Source: a virus
Lineage: Duplodnaviria; Caudoviricetes
Direction: 5' to 3' (one strand)
Virus record (IMG/VR): IMGVR_UViG_3300037125_000033
Span: 1 to 27,453 of that record
DNA length: 27,453 nucleotides
Shown: piece by piece, positions 24,907 to 27,453 of the stretch
Position numbering within the stretch: the first letter of the stretch is position 1
How the letters are laid out: each line of letters opens with the position of its first letter
Notes under the pieces: model-generated
The model's input: the letters and a program-made list of their open reading frames with translations, nothing else
Told to the model about the DNA's origin: nothing
Database searches by the model: none
Position numbers and translations under genes: made by a program

Positions 24907-25853
24907 CAAAAGCGGTAAACCTGATTAAGAGATACTTCATAAAATATAAATTAATTCCCTCTTACAAATATGTTTCAACACAATTAAACATATCTGTAAA
25001 AACAGCTAAGGAAATAATAGAAAGACTCAGAGAACAAAAGGTCATTATAAAAAAACCTGATGGCTCGGAGTATATCCAAAATGCTGAGGCCCATGATAAA
25101 ACCGCACCAATAAAAGCAGACAAAGACATCACTTTAAAAATCATAAAAATCTTAATGGCTGTTATTGGTGGAGGTGCTTCAATAATGAGTGTGTATTATA
25201 CAGCTACTTTCCTACTGGAATATTTACACCCGATTTTAGCTGTTATGCTGTCGGCTATCATGGTTTTATTTTCTGTTTTTTGTATTGATGTTATGATTAT
25301 ATTTTACAATAACGGAAATCAAAGATCTTTAATTGCTTTATTCGCTGGGGCTTGGCTTGTTGTGTTTTTGTTTTCGATGGTCTCTACTGTTATAGGTCAA
25401 TATAATGCAAGGGCCTTGAATCTTTCAGAAGGTAATACAGTTGCCGAGTCGATGACCTGGGAACTTATAGGGGAGCAAGAGGAAACACTTAAAAAAGAAA
25501 TTGAAGAGGCAGAAAAAAGCCTTGCATCATTCCGGAAAAGCTTCAACACTCTGTCTGAAAAAGAAGATAGGAACTGGCATTTTTATGATGCAAGAAATAA
25601 ATTAAAAGATGCCGAAATACTCTTGACTAAAAAGACAAATGAATTAAAAGCCTTGCAGCAAGAGAGAAAAGATTTTTTAAACAAAGGAATGGCCACAGCA
25701 CCGAAGCATGATTTTTATCAATGGTTTGGTAAAGCCTTTGGATTTAATCCTGATAAGGTTTCCTTCATGGTTTCAATATTACCAGCTATTTTTATTGATG
25801 TAATCGCTCCGCTTGCAATAGCGGTAAGTATGTTTTTGAAAAGGAGAGAATAG
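24903..25853 (+). CDS. LexA-like winged-HTH fused to multi-pass membrane/coiled-coil domain
   Basis: IKRYFIKYKLIPSYKYVSTQLNISVKTAKEIIERLREQKVI, then three hydrophobic helices, a coiled coil and a C-terminal TM helix. Confidence 0.65.
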   Translation: MTKAVNLIKRYFIKYKLIPSYKYVSTQLNISVKTAKEIIERLREQKVIIKKPDGSEYIQNAEAHDKTAPIKADKDITLKIIKILMAVIGGGASIMSVYYTATFLLEYLHPILAVMLSAIMVLFSVFCIDVMIIFYNNGNQRSLIALFAGAWLVVFLFSMVSTVIGQYNARALNLSEGNTVAESMTWELIGEQEETLKKEIEEAEKSLASFRKSFNTLSEKEDRNWHFYDARNKLKDAEILLTKKTNELKALQQERKDFLNKGMATAPKHDFYQWFGKAFGFNPDKVSFMVSILPAIFIDVIAPLAIAVSMFLKRRE

Positions 25854-26047
25854 TGAAAAAAATATGTGAAACCTGTAAATACTTTGAACCTAACGAAGAA
25901 AGAAACGGATTTAATGGGTTTTGTGACAAAGCAACGTCACAAGAAAATGAAATGAACAGCAATCAATTTGCTATTCTTTGTGGTCACGATGGGCCTATTT
26001 ATGTAGGGAAAGACTTTGGTTGTGTTAATTGGAAAAGGAGAAAATAA
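25853..26047 (+). CDS. Cys-rich small protein
   Basis: CETCKYF...GFC...DFGCVNW. Confidence 0.7.
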   Translation: MKKICETCKYFEPNEERNGFNGFCDKATSQENEMNSNQFAILCGHDGPIYVGKDFGCVNWKRRK

Positions 26048-26168
26048 TGATAGTAACGAAAACTTTTATTGCCTCTGATCACATAATTGTGACAGTGGAA
26101 GAACACAATGTATTAACAGGAAAATGGGACTTGTTAGCAGAGAAAATTATTTATAAAGGGGATTTTGA

Positions 26169-26462
26169 ATGATTGAAAAATTAGGAATAACACCTGGACC
26201 ATGGGTTCCTGACTTTGACGAGTATGATGATATAAATGCAGGCAAGAACCTTGTAGCTTGTAGCATAGCTAATAGAAAAGACACAAAACTAATAGCAGCT
26301 GCCCCAGAAATGCTTGAAGCTTTGATTGAATTTGTTATGGATGTTGAAGAAGCTTACGGCTTATCAAGAGAAGATTTTTTAAAAAATACAAAGCCAGTTT
26401 TAAATTTAATAGAAAAAGCAACAGGAAAAACCTGGGAAGAAATAAAGGATTTAATAAAATGA
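26169..26462 (+). CDS. Phage hypothetical protein
   Basis: TPGPW...LIAAAPEMLEAL motif common in phage proteins. Confidence 0.8.
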   Translation: MIEKLGITPGPWVPDFDEYDDINAGKNLVACSIANRKDTKLIAAAPEMLEALIEFVMDVEEAYGLSREDFLKNTKPVLNLIEKATGKTWEEIKDLIK

Positions 26463-26474
26463 CAGAGATTAAAT

Positions 26475-26879
26475 TTAGAGCTTGTGAACAAACTGCCCAA
26501 TAACAAAACCGGCCAGTAAACCACTAATCAACCATATCCAAAAACTTGAGGATTGCTTTTTCAAGTCCGTTAACTGTGTTGATAATATCATCAATTTCGC
26601 TTGAAGCTTTTTCTCTATTGCTCTGTAGTTTACTAATTGTTTGTTCAAATCCTCTATAAGCTTCTTGTCGCTCGCTTTCAAGCTGTTTAATTCTTGATTC
26701 AAATCCGCTATTAGTTTTTGATAGTTCTCTATTGTCATCTTTAAGTTGCTTATTTGTATTTTCAATTTCTGAAATTGATTTGAGAAGCTTTCCTTTATTT
26801 CTGATTTCTCCAAGCCATAACACCAAAAACACAACAAAAGCAACAGCAAACACAATAATAAGAATTGTTTTGATATCAT
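26475..26879 (-). CDS. Spanin-like protein: N-terminal signal/lipoprotein-like sequence, coiled coil, C-terminal TM
   Basis: MISKQFLLLCLLLLLLCFWCYG..., heptad repeats, FWIWLISGLLAGFVIGQF; in lysis cassette. Confidence 0.55.
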   Translation of the reverse strand: MISKQFLLLCLLLLLLCFWCYGLEKSEIKESFSNQFQKLKIQISNLKMTIENYQKLIADLNQELNSLKASDKKLIEDLNKQLVNYRAIEKKLQAKLMILSTQLTDLKKQSSSFWIWLISGLLAGFVIGQFVHKL

Positions 26880-26883
26880 TCAT
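26524..26883 (-). CDS. i-spanin (Rz-like) protein
   Basis: Start MNDIK with GAGGG RBS; N-terminal TM plus coiled coil; downstream of holin. Confidence 0.6.
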   Translation of the reverse strand: MNDIKTILIIVFAVAFVVFLVLWLGEIRNKGKLLKSISEIENTNKQLKDDNRELSKTNSGFESRIKQLESERQEAYRGFEQTISKLQSNREKASSEIDDIINTVNGLEKAILKFLDMVD

Positions 26884-27100
26884 TTTTCCCTCTTTCTGCA
26901 AAACTTTGGAAGCTCTTTGCGAATAATGACAAAAAGCTTGTAGCACCTAATCCAGTCATAGCAAGAGCGTCAGCTTTATTTAAAAATAACCAGCCAATAA
27001 GACCGGATAAAACAACAATACATCCCAAACACAAAACCACAAAAACCCCAAGCCTCATTAAAGAAACTTTTCCTTTGTTATCAAAAAACATACTTCTCAT
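26876..27100 (-). CDS. Holin (two TM)
   Basis: 74 aa; DNKGKVSLMRL followed by two hydrophobic helices and charged tail; adjacent to endolysin. Confidence 0.7.
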   Translation of the reverse strand: MRSMFFDNKGKVSLMRLGVFVVLCLGCIVVLSGLIGWLFLNKADALAMTGLGATSFLSLFAKSFQSFAERGKNE

Positions 27101-27453
27101 GCTGCCCTCCTGAGCCTAACAATTAATGGCGGTGTTAAGGTCGAAATATTAAATATATCAGCTCTATAAAACTCACCGTTCTTTTCTCCTGCCTGTATAA
27201 TTTTACAGCCTTTGTCCATGTGGTACACTTCATCGGTCGGAGCAATAACAGCCACATGACCGGAACCTCCAACCAAAGAATGTGACAATAAAAAGATTAT
27301 ATCTCCTCTATTGGCGAATTGTTGGGCTATTGACTCCGGCAAAGTTTTTAACTCGCCTGATAAAACAGACTTCCAGGCATTCAGATACATATCATTAGCA
27401 TTTGTCCAGCCTATACCTTTTTCATGTAAAAACGGTTTTGTATAAAAGCCAAG
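27097..27453 (-). CDS. Endolysin, CHAP/NlpC-P60-like amidase; 5' partial
   Basis: Frame open to the window edge; ANDM...AQQFANRG...GHVAVI...IQAG. Confidence 0.65.
   Translation of the reverse strand, partial: LGFYTKPFLHEKGIGWTNANDMYLNAWKSVLSGELKTLPESIAQQFANRGDIIFLLSHSLVGGSGHVAVIAPTDEVYHMDKGCKIIQAGEKNGEFYRADIFNISTLTPPLIVRLRRAA

Noticed and set aside
25623-25638. Eighth operator-like site as an internal promoter
   Set aside because: No -10 hexamer at 16-18 bp spacing; kept only as a possible auxiliary operator and may be chance.

Overview
AT-rich tailed-phage (Caudoviricetes) genome segment; the host cannot be determined from this window. The minus strand on the left carries the start of the late operon: TerS, TerL, a small Cys protein, portal, a SAM methyltransferase and a partial beta-helix protein. 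A ~900-bp non-coding control region (5560-6470) follows, with interleaved inverted repeats, ~15 TACAAT iterons and two promoter-to-terminator micro-transcripts. A long plus-strand early/middle arm (6471-26462) holds many small accessory genes and a replication module: SNF2 helicase, SSB-like protein, AEP primase, UvrD helicase, VRR-NUC and L762-type PolA. A converging lysis cassette (endolysin, holin, two almost fully overlapping spanin-like genes) closes the window. The main signals the ORF track does not show are: (1) a type-P1 twister ribozyme in the early transcript, plus a half-copy 340 nt upstream; (2) a 16-bp palindrome TTGACT-N4-AGTCAA built into the -35 box of seven plus-strand promoters, with a LexA-like wHTH/membrane fusion protein as candidate regulator; (3) two sister small RNAs sharing GUUUUAUCCUU; (4) a leaderless terS promoter. 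No integrase, tRNA or CRISPR array was seen. Family assignments are from motif recognition only; no searches were run.
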